Positions 1 through 9,182 of a stretch of 64,000 nt of DNA are shown piece by piece. Made by a program: the position numbers and the translations under genes. The stretch comes from Candidatus Bathycorpusculum sp. (GTDB lineage Archaea; Thermoproteota; Bathyarchaeia; Bathyarchaeales; Bathycorpusculaceae). The notes beneath the pieces were generated by a model. It had not been told where the DNA came from. It did not search any database and saw nothing but the letters and a program-made list of their open reading frames with translations. The stretch's first letter is position 1. Each line of letters begins with the position of its first letter. Where the stretch lies: NCBI GenBank assembly GCA_009778385.1, contig WRJX01000100.1:2802-66801 (forward strand), in the 5' to 3' direction.

Positions 1-131
1 GTCAAACATACTTTTCGTAAAACCTCTGCGAGTTAGGTATACCTCTGTTTGAGGTCATACATTTTGTATACCTTTGGCAAGTAATGTTAGTATTACCCTT
101 AAAAATTAGGGGGATGAATGTGGGTAGATTG

Positions 132-938
132 TTATGCTTCTATGCTTTCTCGTTTATTTATGCCACTATACCTGGATGAGATTTCTGGCAAGCGGTCTTT
201 TAGTCTGCCTTCTGCGGCAATTTCTGCTTCTTCAAGAATTTTGAGTGCTTCTTCGTTTGCTGCTTGTGCACCTACGTTAGAGATGTCTGTGTATTGATTG
301 CTTGTTGCAGAGCATATGTCTGAGAGCATGCTGCCAATATTGTCTAATTCTTGGCTTGCTTCTGGCATGATGCCGCACATTTCTGAGCGTATGCCGTTTA
401 ATAGGGTTCTTGCTGGGCTTAAAACAGTTACTATGTCGCCCATTTCTGAAACCGTGTTTAAACGTATTGATACACTTTGTAGTGCTAATGAGGCGTGGGA
501 GAGCATTTTTTCAACTTTACGGATTTCGCCAAGTTCCGTAGCATAAATGTTTGCTCGCGCTTGGTCTCTGTTTTCCATGGCGCGTACTACTTTCTTAAAG
601 ATTTCAGCATCACGCATTTCAAACCGTTTAACTGCTGCATCAAGTGTTCTTGATTGCGCATCAAGCCGTTGGGTAACAGTGACAATTTGTTCCTTTATGC
701 CTTCTTGTGGTTTTGTTGCGTTCATAATTTTTGATACTACAGTTTCTTTTTCTTCTTGCTTCCACTTAATAGGGTTACCCAAACCTGTGCATTCTCCGTG
801 TTCCTTTAACTCTGATGGAGACAAGTAAAAATAAAAGGGTGTTTGCAAAGTTGAATTAAAACTTGCAACCTGCTTGCTTATCTTTTTTAATTTAATATTT
901 AAATTTCTATGATGATCACTTATGAAATATGCTGCCAT
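132..938 (-). CDS. cdvB: ESCRT-III/Snf7-family cell-division protein (CdvB-like)
   Basis: 268-aa ORF. Residues ~85-250 form the long helical pattern typical of Snf7/CdvB (LDAAVKRFEMRDAEIFKKVVRAMENRDQARANIYATELGEIRKVEKM, SIRLNTVSEMGDIV, MPEASQELDNI) with an acidic C-terminal helix. The first ~70 aa look atypical, so the true start may be an internal Met. Confidence 0.6.
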   Translation of the reverse strand: MAAYFISDHHRNLNIKLKKISKQVASFNSTLQTPFYFYLSPSELKEHGECTGLGNPIKWKQEEKETVVSKIMNATKPQEGIKEQIVTVTQRLDAQSRTLDAAVKRFEMRDAEIFKKVVRAMENRDQARANIYATELGEIRKVEKMLSHASLALQSVSIRLNTVSEMGDIVTVLSPARTLLNGIRSEMCGIMPEASQELDNIGSMLSDICSATSNQYTDISNVGAQAANEEALKILEEAEIAAEGRLKDRLPEISSRYSGINKRESIEA

Positions 939-1081
939 TTTGGGAAATACAAGGAAAAGTTAGCAAGTTTAATTCTTAACCGCTTAAATAGTGTCCGAGA
1001 ATCTTTGTGAAAAACAACACAAAAACCAAAAACTTTACAGACAAACAGTGTTAAAGAAGAAAAGCTATGTATAGCGTCAGC

Positions 1082-1408
1082 TTATTTTTCTTTTAAGGCT
1101 GTTTGATATTTGGGAAGTCTTGCCTCTTTATTCCAAAATTCAGGATCATTAACGTCAATAACTTGAACCTGAATAACTTTTACTGGGTCTGTTAGAACTT
1201 GTCTAAACCTCGTTGGTGTTGATGGATCATTTAACAGCACTATACGTGATGCCTCAAGGGCTTCAGCAATACGGTCAGTTCGCTTATCAACGTAAGAACG
1301 GTATTTGACGCTTTTACCTTCACGGATTGCTTGATCAAAATCTGTTTTGCTGCACTGGATAAGTTTGTCTCCTTCCCTGATAAACCAGTACGGCAAATTT
1401 TTAGACAT
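1082..1408 (-). CDS. hypothetical protein (108 aa, soluble, no family recognised)
   Basis: Clean ORF with ATG start and ordinary composition, in an otherwise empty gap. No motif recognised. Confidence 0.4.
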   Translation of the reverse strand: MSKNLPYWFIREGDKLIQCSKTDFDQAIREGKSVKYRSYVDKRTDRIAEALEASRIVLLNDPSTPTRFRQVLTDPVKVIQVQVIDVNDPEFWNKEARLPKYQTALKEK

Positions 1409-1630
1409 ACATTTTCACTTGCAATAACTTGTTTTAGACTTAATTAATTAACATTTTCATCCCGATTAACAAACCAGATAAACCCACATTATAACTTGAT
1501 TACTTCCAGACTTGACCGGTTCGTCAAATGTAACCTGTAGTAGTTTTTTGTCAGTCACATGGTTTTAATTATTTTGCATTCTGTAGGCTAATACATGTTC
1601 TAAATTAAACTGAATGGAGGTTTATTGTAT

Positions 1631-2470
1631 ATGCCAATGGTTAATGTAGCAAAAGATGTAAATTTGTATGTTCAAGACTGGGGCAAAGGAAAGCCAATAG
1701 TTCTGATCCATGGCTGGCCACTTAGTCACCGAATGTGGGAATATCAAGCATCAGGCATTGTAAATCACGGTTACAGAGTTGTAGCAATTGACTTGCGAGG
1801 GTACGGGTATTCTGACAAACCTTGGGAAGGCAACGACTATGATACATGGGCAAGTGACATAGGTAAAGTAATCAAAGACCGTAACTTACATGACGTAACT
1901 TTAGTTGGTTTTTCAATGGGTGGTGCAATCGCGATGCATTATGTTGCAACTACAAATGATTCAAGAATTTCAAAACTTGCCTTACTGGCAGCAGCGGGAC
2001 CCTGTTTAATTAAAAAGACAGATAATCCTCAGGGCATACCAAGGCAGATATGGGATGGATTTTTGCAAGCAGAAATTCAAGATCGAGCCAAATTCAAACA
2101 CGAATTCAACAAGTCTTTTTTCAACAAGCCTGTAAGCCAAGAATTAAATCACTGGTTTGAGGCAATAGGTATGCAAGCAGATGCACATGCAAGTTTGCAG
2201 GGTCTTGAAGAGTTAGGCGCCCATGATTTACGGACAGAAATTTCTACAATAAAAATACCTACACGCAGCTTCCATGGTCTAAAAGATAAAATTGTTCCGT
2301 TTGCTATGGCTGAAGAACAAAAGAAGCTGATTAAGGGCTTAGAAATTGTCAAATTCGAAAACAGCGGTCACGGTATGTTCATAGATGAAGATGATAAACT
2401 GTTTGAAGAACTGCTGCTATTTCATGAAGAAGAAATAGGTAGAAAAGTACCAATGCAGATTGCAGCTTAA
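1631..2470 (+). CDS. alpha/beta-fold hydrolase (esterase / non-haem haloperoxidase-like)
   Basis: HGWPLS oxyanion motif, nucleophile elbow GFSMGG and a C-terminal GHG. GGAGG lies 10 nt upstream of ATG 1631; the ORF track starts at TTG 1625. Confidence 0.85.
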   Translation: MPMVNVAKDVNLYVQDWGKGKPIVLIHGWPLSHRMWEYQASGIVNHGYRVVAIDLRGYGYSDKPWEGNDYDTWASDIGKVIKDRNLHDVTLVGFSMGGAIAMHYVATTNDSRISKLALLAAAGPCLIKKTDNPQGIPRQIWDGFLQAEIQDRAKFKHEFNKSFFNKPVSQELNHWFEAIGMQADAHASLQGLEELGAHDLRTEISTIKIPTRSFHGLKDKIVPFAMAEEQKKLIKGLEIVKFENSGHGMFIDEDDKLFEELLLFHEEEIGRKVPMQIAA

Positions 2471-2717
2471 TCCCCAACATTAATTTGAAAATCTTAAAAA
2501 AGAAAAAAAATAAGTGTGATAAAAGCAAGAAAGCACGCAGGCAGTTTAGCTAGTCTGTGTTTTGCTTCCTTTTGCCTTTTTTGCTTTTCTTTTTGCATCT
2601 TTTTCTTTCTTGGTTAAAGGTTTACCTTGTTTGCTCGGCATTGATGACCCTCAGGTACATTTTTATAGCGGTCATGCTTTTAATCTTTTTCGAAAGACAC
2701 AAGACGAATATCCAGTT

Positions 2718-3059
2718 TTATGTGTATTCTCTAAACGTGTGACCGCATTTTGTGCAGCGCATAAATTGTGTTGATGCCTCATCACCGCCGCGGGTTTGAA
2801 CTTGCCAAACATAGCATTCGGTGTTACTACATTTTTCACATTTCATTTTTATGGTTGACATGGTGTTGATTTTTGATTCTTCAGCAGTTACAACTGTCAT
2901 AAATGGCTGGGTTGTAGGTTGAATAACTTTAACTACTTTTGCTTGAGACCTATTACCACTGGCTTGTTTAGTGTAGTCACATTTTGAGCAAGCGAGAACT
3001 ATATGCTCATCGACTCTTCGAGGTTCAAGACGGCAACCGCAATTTGGACAAAATTCCAT
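2718..3059 (-). CDS. tfs: transcription factor S (TFS, TFIIS/RpoM-like)
   Basis: N-terminal Zn ribbon CPNCG...CSKCDY. C-terminal TFIIS-type Zn ribbon CEKCSNTECYVWQVQTRGGDEASTQFMRCTKCGHTF carries the acidic DE loop. Confidence 0.85.
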   Translation of the reverse strand: MEFCPNCGCRLEPRRVDEHIVLACSKCDYTKQASGNRSQAKVVKVIQPTTQPFMTVVTAEESKINTMSTIKMKCEKCSNTECYVWQVQTRGGDEASTQFMRCTKCGHTFREYT

Positions 3060-3523
3060 GATTTAGAGCCTCTTTATTAATAGATAACTTTAGTATAAAC
3101 TAAAGAAAGTGATATAAGCGTTTTTTATGAAAAATGTTTTTCATTGTCATTTTGTGAAAACTTTGGTTATGTTTTAATGGGAAAAACAGTTTAGGCAGAT
3201 TCAAAAATAATGGTTTTCAAACATCTTTTTCTATTGCATGCGGCTTGATTTTTGATGTTGGTTTATTTGTGTATTATTTCTTTTTGTGTCTATTTGTTTT
3301 TACAGACTGTGTTTGTCCATAAATTGTTTGATGTTGGTTGTGATTAGCATTGGCTGGTTGAGGTGGATATGGTTTATTGATGTGGCTTGTTGCTGTAAAT
3401 AGCTTGTAATTGCGGTGCTTGTTGGTTTTAAGCTGTTATAATTAGCCTTTACACGTTTTTATGCCTGAATTTAATTAGAAAGTGATAAATGAGTCAAAAA
3501 CAACTTTATTTTGAGGTTTTTTA

Positions 3524-4012
3524 GTGTCATCTAGCAACGATCAATATGACATGAACCATTGGTTTTCACGGTTAGCTGCTTACATAATAGACGGTATAAT
3601 AACAGGTATCATTGCAGCAGCATTATGGTTCCCATTAACCCTTATAGATGGCATCGCAAATTCCTACTTTGTTGAAAACTGGGCTTGGCTTGGATACTTC
3701 TTCCTCTGGGGCGCAATACAAGTAGTCTACTTTACCGTTATAGAAAACTATTGGGAAACGTCAATAGGTAAACGATTTTTAGGTTTCCAAGTACAACAAA
3801 CAAACGGCGCCAAACTAACCACTGAAAAAGCATTACTCCGCAACATAAGCAAAATCTTCTGGCCCATATTAGCAATCGATTGCCTTATCAGCGCCTTTAG
3901 CACCGGAGCCGACAAACGCCAAAAATTCAGCGATCGTATAGCCAAAACAACAGTGATTCTAATAACACACGCATTCGTAACACCCCCTCCACTTAACACG
4001 GTGCCAACATAA
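3524..4012 (+). CDS. RDD-family membrane protein
   Basis: RLAAYIIDGIITGII opening motif, 3 predicted TM helices, a central GKRFLGFQV and a C-terminal DRIAKTTV, as in RDD domains. GTG start has GAGGT 6 nt upstream. Confidence 0.65.
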   Translation: MSSSNDQYDMNHWFSRLAAYIIDGIITGIIAAALWFPLTLIDGIANSYFVENWAWLGYFFLWGAIQVVYFTVIENYWETSIGKRFLGFQVQQTNGAKLTTEKALLRNISKIFWPILAIDCLISAFSTGADKRQKFSDRIAKTTVILITHAFVTPPPLNTVPT

Positions 4013-4231
4013 AAATCTGCCAACAATTTCTATCCTTACTAAATAAATAACAACACCCAAATAGCCATCTTTTTTACCGCCCTAAAACCTACGGCCACTC
4101 TGTATAGAAACTGACAAAAATCAAATTCATAGAGGCTGACCCAATACTGACGCTTTCTTTTACCTCACTTATGTGTTGAAATTCTGGTTTAACGAATAGA
4201 AGCAGCAGTTTATGTTTCAAAGCTTAAATTT

Positions 4232-5173
4232 ATGGACTATTATTTTGCTTGCAGAAATAAGAGGAAACCGTATTTGGTCAACGAAAAAATTCAAGCAGGC
4301 GATTACGCATTAATTTATCTTGATGCCCGCAGAACTTACATGTTAAAAGTTGAAGCAGGACAAACATTTCACACGCACAAAGGCTTCATAAAATTTGATG
4401 AGTTAATTGGTAAAGAATTTGGGGAACCAATCAAAAGTAGCCTAGGCGTAACATTTACAACACTTAAGCCCCAACTTACCGATTACATTATGAAGAGCAG
4501 TCGTAACACCCAAATTGTGTATCCAAAAGATGCGGCAGCAATTGTAATGTTTAGCGGTATAGGCCCGGGTAGTCGTGTGGTTGAATCAGGAACCGGAACC
4601 GCTTCATTAACAACTGCATTGGCACATTATGTAGGTCCAACCGGTAAAATCTACACTTATGAGCTTCGTAATGAATTCCAAAAAAATGCTGCCAAAAATT
4701 TACAACGCTCAAAATTAATCGATAACGTAGAAATGAAAAGCGGTGATGTAACCCTTGGTATAGAAGAACGTGATGTTGACGCTGTCATTTTAGACTTGGC
4801 GACACCTTGGCTTGTCATACCTCACGCTTATGAAGCATTAAAGCCCTCTGGAGCAATAGTCTCTTTTAGCCCAACTATTGATCAAGTTGTCAAAACAACC
4901 GAAGCTCTCCGAGAAAACAATTTCGTCTTCATCGAAACCATTGAGCTTATGATGCGTGCCATGCAAATTGAACGTGGAAAAACCCGTCCACAGACCCTAA
5001 TGACAGGACACACCGGCTACATTACACACGCAAGAAAAATCCTAAAATCAACAAACCCTGAAATCTTTCAAGAATCGTCATTAATTCAGGAAGCAATGCC
5101 TGAAATCCCCGTTGAAGAAACAGATTTTATAGCGCAAGAAAATACTGAAGATTTGGCAGAAAAATCTGCCTAA
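4232..5173 (+). CDS. trmI: tRNA (adenine-N1)-methyltransferase TrmI/Gcd14 family
   Basis: N-terminal beta domain (GDYALIYLDARRTYMLKVEAGQTFHTHKG), IVYPKDAA motif, SAM motif I VVESGTGTASLT. Acidic C-terminal extension. Confidence 0.85.
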   Translation: MDYYFACRNKRKPYLVNEKIQAGDYALIYLDARRTYMLKVEAGQTFHTHKGFIKFDELIGKEFGEPIKSSLGVTFTTLKPQLTDYIMKSSRNTQIVYPKDAAAIVMFSGIGPGSRVVESGTGTASLTTALAHYVGPTGKIYTYELRNEFQKNAAKNLQRSKLIDNVEMKSGDVTLGIEERDVDAVILDLATPWLVIPHAYEALKPSGAIVSFSPTIDQVVKTTEALRENNFVFIETIELMMRAMQIERGKTRPQTLMTGHTGYITHARKILKSTNPEIFQESSLIQEAMPEIPVEETDFIAQENTEDLAEKSA

Positions 5174-6807
5174 TTTTCTGATTTTGCTTTCATTTTTCCT
5201 TTAGTTCGTCGACCGTTATCTGGCATAGGCATGCTCAGCTGGTAAACAGCCTGCTTAAACTGCTCACCACTACCACGTCTTGTTAAACCGTAATATGCGC
5301 CTAAAAGCTTGCCAAAGTAGGGAATAAATACTCGGTCAAAGGTTCGATACAGAAATGGATTAGGTAATCTATTTTCTAGGAAGGTTGGTTTCCAAATTTT
5401 AATGTTGTATTCCCAGCATTTGACGAAAAAGTCCCAGCGAGCTTTAGAGAGTGAATCCATTTCAGCGCCTTTCTTATTCATCAAAACACAGTTTTCTAAT
5501 GGAACAAAAAAGAGCGGTACATAAAATGCATTATAATCTTTAAGATCATCCATTAACTCAAGAGTTTGTAGCATGTCTTCTTCTTTCTCGTCAGGCAAAC
5601 CGATAATTAATGTTGCAAGTGGGTACCAGTCATTATCATTTAGAATGCCAAACGCGTTGGTGACAACTTCTGGCCATTGTTCTGATTGGTATGGCAACAT
5701 TTTGCCTCCCATATACTTTTTCATAAGACGTGGACTGCCCGTTTCGACACCTGTTTCAGCGGTGATAATTGGTTTTCCACCAAAAGAGTACCAGCTTTTT
5801 TCAATTAAAATTTCAGCCAATTCACTGATCATTTTTGGGTTATGATACACCGGTGCAAGAGACATGTGAGCTGCCTGTATGCTTTTCACTCCCGGATGAT
5901 CCGCGACACTTTTACAGAGTTTAATTATTGCTTCACTGTTTGGTACAAAACCGGGGTCTTTTTGACCATAAAGAAACAGATCTTCTGTAATCAAAGTGAT
6001 ATGGTCACTACCCTGTTTGGTGCTTAATGCGACTTCTTGCATGATTTTTTCAAGCGGTACATCAATTTTGTGCTGCATTGTTGGGGTACAGAATTGGCAG
6101 TTTCGTCCACAACCCTTTGAAATTTCTACTGCACCATGTATGGCAACATTTTGAGTGACTGGCATTTCTTGATTATAATCCCAATTATCCAGCGATTCAT
6201 CAGCTTTTGCAATACGTGGAATCTGTTCACCGCTCACTGCCTTCTTGAAAAGCTCAACAATCGGTTCTGGCCTTCCACCCATTAAAACACAGTCTACTCC
6301 ATAACTTTTAGAGACCTGTTGACGCTCAAGTTGCCATGAACCATACCCGCCTACGATAACTTTTGGTTTATAATTCCTGATAGCCGGATGCATGACAAGC
6401 TTGCGAAACTCAATACGATTCATTGGCTCCCCACCGCCTACTATTGAACTATAAGTTTTACTTACATACCCCATACCTGTAGGATCCATGGATGAAATTC
6501 CAACAACTTTTGTGTTAGGGCCAATGAATAAGTCTAAATCTTCCGGATAAACAACTGCAATGTCTTTTCGAGCAAATCCGCCTTCAAGTAGAATTGACTC
6601 CACTTTACGTAATCCATAAGGTGCATAACTGGCTTGCCCATCCGCTTTTTTTGGTCTATGTGGATACAGTGTTCTTCTTACGTATGAAAGGGGAATGGGG
6701 CCTTTCCCAAAGCCGCCTACAAATGCAATGAAGGGGTTATTAGAGAAGTCACTCATTTCAGTGGCTGATGCTGTAAGTACGATTTTAGTTCCTGAGTCTG
6801 ATGCCAA
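5170..6807 (-). CDS. radical SAM protein with N-terminal B12-binding-like (Rossmann) domain
   Basis: CX3CX2C cluster motif GCGRNCQFC about 230 aa from the N-terminus, preceded by a flavodoxin-like region (VVGISSMDP, VIVGGYG). TTG start. Its stop overlaps the trmI stop by 4 nt (convergent). Confidence 0.8.
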   Translation of the reverse strand: MASDSGTKIVLTASATEMSDFSNNPFIAFVGGFGKGPIPLSYVRRTLYPHRPKKADGQASYAPYGLRKVESILLEGGFARKDIAVVYPEDLDLFIGPNTKVVGISSMDPTGMGYVSKTYSSIVGGGEPMNRIEFRKLVMHPAIRNYKPKVIVGGYGSWQLERQQVSKSYGVDCVLMGGRPEPIVELFKKAVSGEQIPRIAKADESLDNWDYNQEMPVTQNVAIHGAVEISKGCGRNCQFCTPTMQHKIDVPLEKIMQEVALSTKQGSDHITLITEDLFLYGQKDPGFVPNSEAIIKLCKSVADHPGVKSIQAAHMSLAPVYHNPKMISELAEILIEKSWYSFGGKPIITAETGVETGSPRLMKKYMGGKMLPYQSEQWPEVVTNAFGILNDNDWYPLATLIIGLPDEKEEDMLQTLELMDDLKDYNAFYVPLFFVPLENCVLMNKKGAEMDSLSKARWDFFVKCWEYNIKIWKPTFLENRLPNPFLYRTFDRVFIPYFGKLLGAYYGLTRRGSGEQFKQAVYQLSMPMPDNGRRTKGKMKAKSEN

Positions 6808-7016
6808 TCTCTCTCTACCTTGAATAGGTGTATTTATTCATATATTGCAGTATTAAAAATTACCGTTTAAATTTTGCCCGCAACAACTCGGTTGAATTCA
6901 AATATTAAAAATATAGTTGCAAATGCAAGCTTTATTCCCCTTTTTGCTTTTTATTACATTGTTTAAGAAATCTGAAATTGTATAGAAGTAAGCAAAAGGC
7001 CTCAAAATGAGGTGCC

Positions 7017-7262
7017 TTAGAGTCTAGCTATTATCGCTAAAGCTGAAACAACTAGGAAAGCAACACCTGTCCAAAATAAATCTCCACCAGTCAAAAAATA
7101 TACAATAAGTGCTATGATTACCGCTGGAAGGAGTATAATAAACAGTTTGATAGCTGCGATGATGATTATGCCGATGATAACTAAAATGATAAGTGATGTT
7201 AAGTCAAGAGTAAGACTGCCAAGAACATACGGTAAAAAACCTAGAAAACTCGTGGTATCCAA
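7017..7262 (-). CDS. small hydrophobic membrane protein (81 aa)
   Basis: Almost entirely hydrophobic (2-3 TM helices), TTG start, hairpin AGGCCTCA-aaa-TGAGGTGCCT just after the stop. No family recognised. Confidence 0.35.
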   Translation of the reverse strand: MDTTSFLGFLPYVLGSLTLDLTSLIILVIIGIIIIAAIKLFIILLPAVIIALIVYFLTGGDLFWTGVAFLVVSALAIIARL

Positions 7263-7567
7263 TTAAAAAACACCTTAAAAAAATGTAAGGTAAACAAAGT
7301 AAAAAACGTTCCTACCTGCTCAAATGCACCTTTTTAGCTTTAACTTGTCAAATAATATACATCTAAGTTATCAAATATTAAAAAAAAGTCTTGATATCAC
7401 GATTAAAACAACTATGAATTTTTTAAAGGCAGCTTTTAGGTAGCAATGCCTTAAATTTGAAAGTGATGCATCAACGGATTGATTGTTAGTTAATAATACT
7501 AAAACTCTGTTTCTGTCGGTGTTCACTTTCCACGATTTTATGTTAGTTTTTGAGAGTCTGGGGTGTG

Positions 7568-8038
7568 CTAACTTATTTTTTCTCTAAGTTTAGTTAGTAC
7601 TTCATTTTCAACCCATTTTTCTCCTTGAATTGTTAGTTTGAATTCAGGTTTGTTTGGATCAGGTTTGAAAACTTGACCGCGTTTAGTCATTTCATTTAGA
7701 CGTGCAGGAACCATGCTTTTGATACCGCTTAATTCCAACAGTTTCTGCACTTGGGTTACTGTATTTTTATGTTCATCTGAAGCGTAAAGAACTAAACCTA
7801 CTGCTTCATAGTGAGTTAGGTTTTCTCGGGTTACAATAACTGGACCTTCGGTTGTTGGCTCAATAATTCCTTTTAATTGTGCTCCTGAAGGTATCAAACG
7901 ATTAGAAACAAAATCTGACAATTTCTCCACAAAATTTTCTGGAACAGTTTCTAGCATGTTTAGAATTTCTTGTGGGCTGTCACCTTCAATGACAACTTCT
8001 CCAAACGGCGTTTTGATACGGGCTTCAATGCGCTTCAA
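7568..8038 (-). CDS. hypothetical protein (156 aa), possible C-terminal winged-helix
   Basis: Clean ORF of balanced composition. The C-terminal half (VTQVQKLLELSGIKSMVPARLNEMTKRGQVF) resembles a wHTH. No family recognised. Confidence 0.45.
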   Translation of the reverse strand: MKRIEARIKTPFGEVVIEGDSPQEILNMLETVPENFVEKLSDFVSNRLIPSGAQLKGIIEPTTEGPVIVTRENLTHYEAVGLVLYASDEHKNTVTQVQKLLELSGIKSMVPARLNEMTKRGQVFKPDPNKPEFKLTIQGEKWVENEVLTKLREKIS

Positions 8039-8100
8039 ACAAGTTCCCTCTTAATGTTATAGCATGTGTTTATGCTTTTTAGGATTTACGGAAAAATTTT

Positions 8101-8340
8101 GCTCTCTAATTTAGATTGTTGATGTTGTTTGTTTTGGCTGGTGGTTTGGTGGTTTTTTGTTATTGATGTGTTTGGGTTGTTTTTGTAGGTGGTTGGTTTG
8201 TGTTATTTGGGTGGTGATAGTGTTGTTTTTGTTTTGGTGTTTAATATGTGAGTGTGTTTTGTTGTGTGTTGTTAATTTGGTATTAATGTGGAGTTAATGT
8301 GGAAATATGATTATATTGTGTTTTTTGTGTATTTTTTAAT
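8101..8340 (+). repeat. G+T-rich, nearly C-free low-complexity tract
   Basis: By direct reading, the + strand has only one C (about position 8128) in ~240 nt, and the first half is also A-poor. Lies upstream of the + strand gene at 8356. Confidence 0.7.
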
Positions 8341-8355
8341 AGTGATAACTGAAAA

Positions 8356-8979
8356 ATGGATAATAAAACTACAGGTTTAACAATATTATGCGCTGTTTTA
8401 GCAATGATGTTAGTATTAAGCTTTGTAATCAATGCAGACGTACAAGATAACTACGACGAAGGTGTCAGAGACGGATACAACAAAGGTACAACCGCTGAAT
8501 ATAGTGCCGGTAATCAGGCAGGATATAGTAAAGGTCATCAGGAAGGATATGATTTTGGATATGGTCAGGGTAATCAGACAGGATATGATGCTGGATATAT
8601 ACAAGGAATAAAAGATGGTGTAGGTTCAGGCTACAATATTCGTGATCCAACATATGCCGAAATGATAACGTTTATTGCACAGGATCAAACAGACAAAAAC
8701 GCATATGATGCAAATAATTACAATTGTCATGATTATGCAAGTGACGTTATAAACAATGCCTTTGACCAAGGGTATCGTGCACGTTATGTCTATATTCATT
8801 ATAAAGACAGTGCTCATGCAATTGTTTGTTTTAGAACCGTTGACCGAGGTTTAGTGTTTATTGAACCTCAGACTGATGACATAGTAAAAGTTGAAGTTGG
8901 CATACATTATTGGGCTAGCATAAGTAATGCAGTTCCAAAGTATGATGATACTGTAATTCGATTTAAAATAATCTGGTGA
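8356..8979 (+). CDS. membrane-anchored protein with GY-repeat region and transglutaminase-like Cys/His/Asp domain
   Basis: N-terminal TM (LTILCAVLAMMLVLSFVI), then ~7 repeats ending in GY (RDGY, TAEY, QAGY, QEGY, FGY, QTGY, DAGY, GSGY). The C-terminal domain has the ordered residues NCHDYA ... SAHAIVCF ... FIEPQTDD, like a transglutaminase/papain-type core. Confidence 0.5.
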   Translation: MDNKTTGLTILCAVLAMMLVLSFVINADVQDNYDEGVRDGYNKGTTAEYSAGNQAGYSKGHQEGYDFGYGQGNQTGYDAGYIQGIKDGVGSGYNIRDPTYAEMITFIAQDQTDKNAYDANNYNCHDYASDVINNAFDQGYRARYVYIHYKDSAHAIVCFRTVDRGLVFIEPQTDDIVKVEVGIHYWASISNAVPKYDDTVIRFKIIW

Positions 8980-9182
8980 CATTAGCCAGTTTAACATTTT
9001 TGTGCGTATAGACTCATCAACTACCGACAAAGCATATGCACAAGTCAGCTAACATCTATCTGCGGTAGCAGCCCCTATACAATAACCTGTAACCAATGCG
9101 TATAGACTTCAATTCATCCGGAAAAGAAATGGTGTCTTTTTTCTGTAAGGTTTTTATTTTTCTGTTTTTCTTTTTAGTGTTG

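Noticed and set aside
298-828. Two + strand ORFs (298-546, 547-828) antisense to the CdvB-like gene
   Set aside because: Both lie entirely inside a gene with clear family signal on the other strand and have a Ser/Leu/Cys-rich odd composition. They are typical shadow ORFs.
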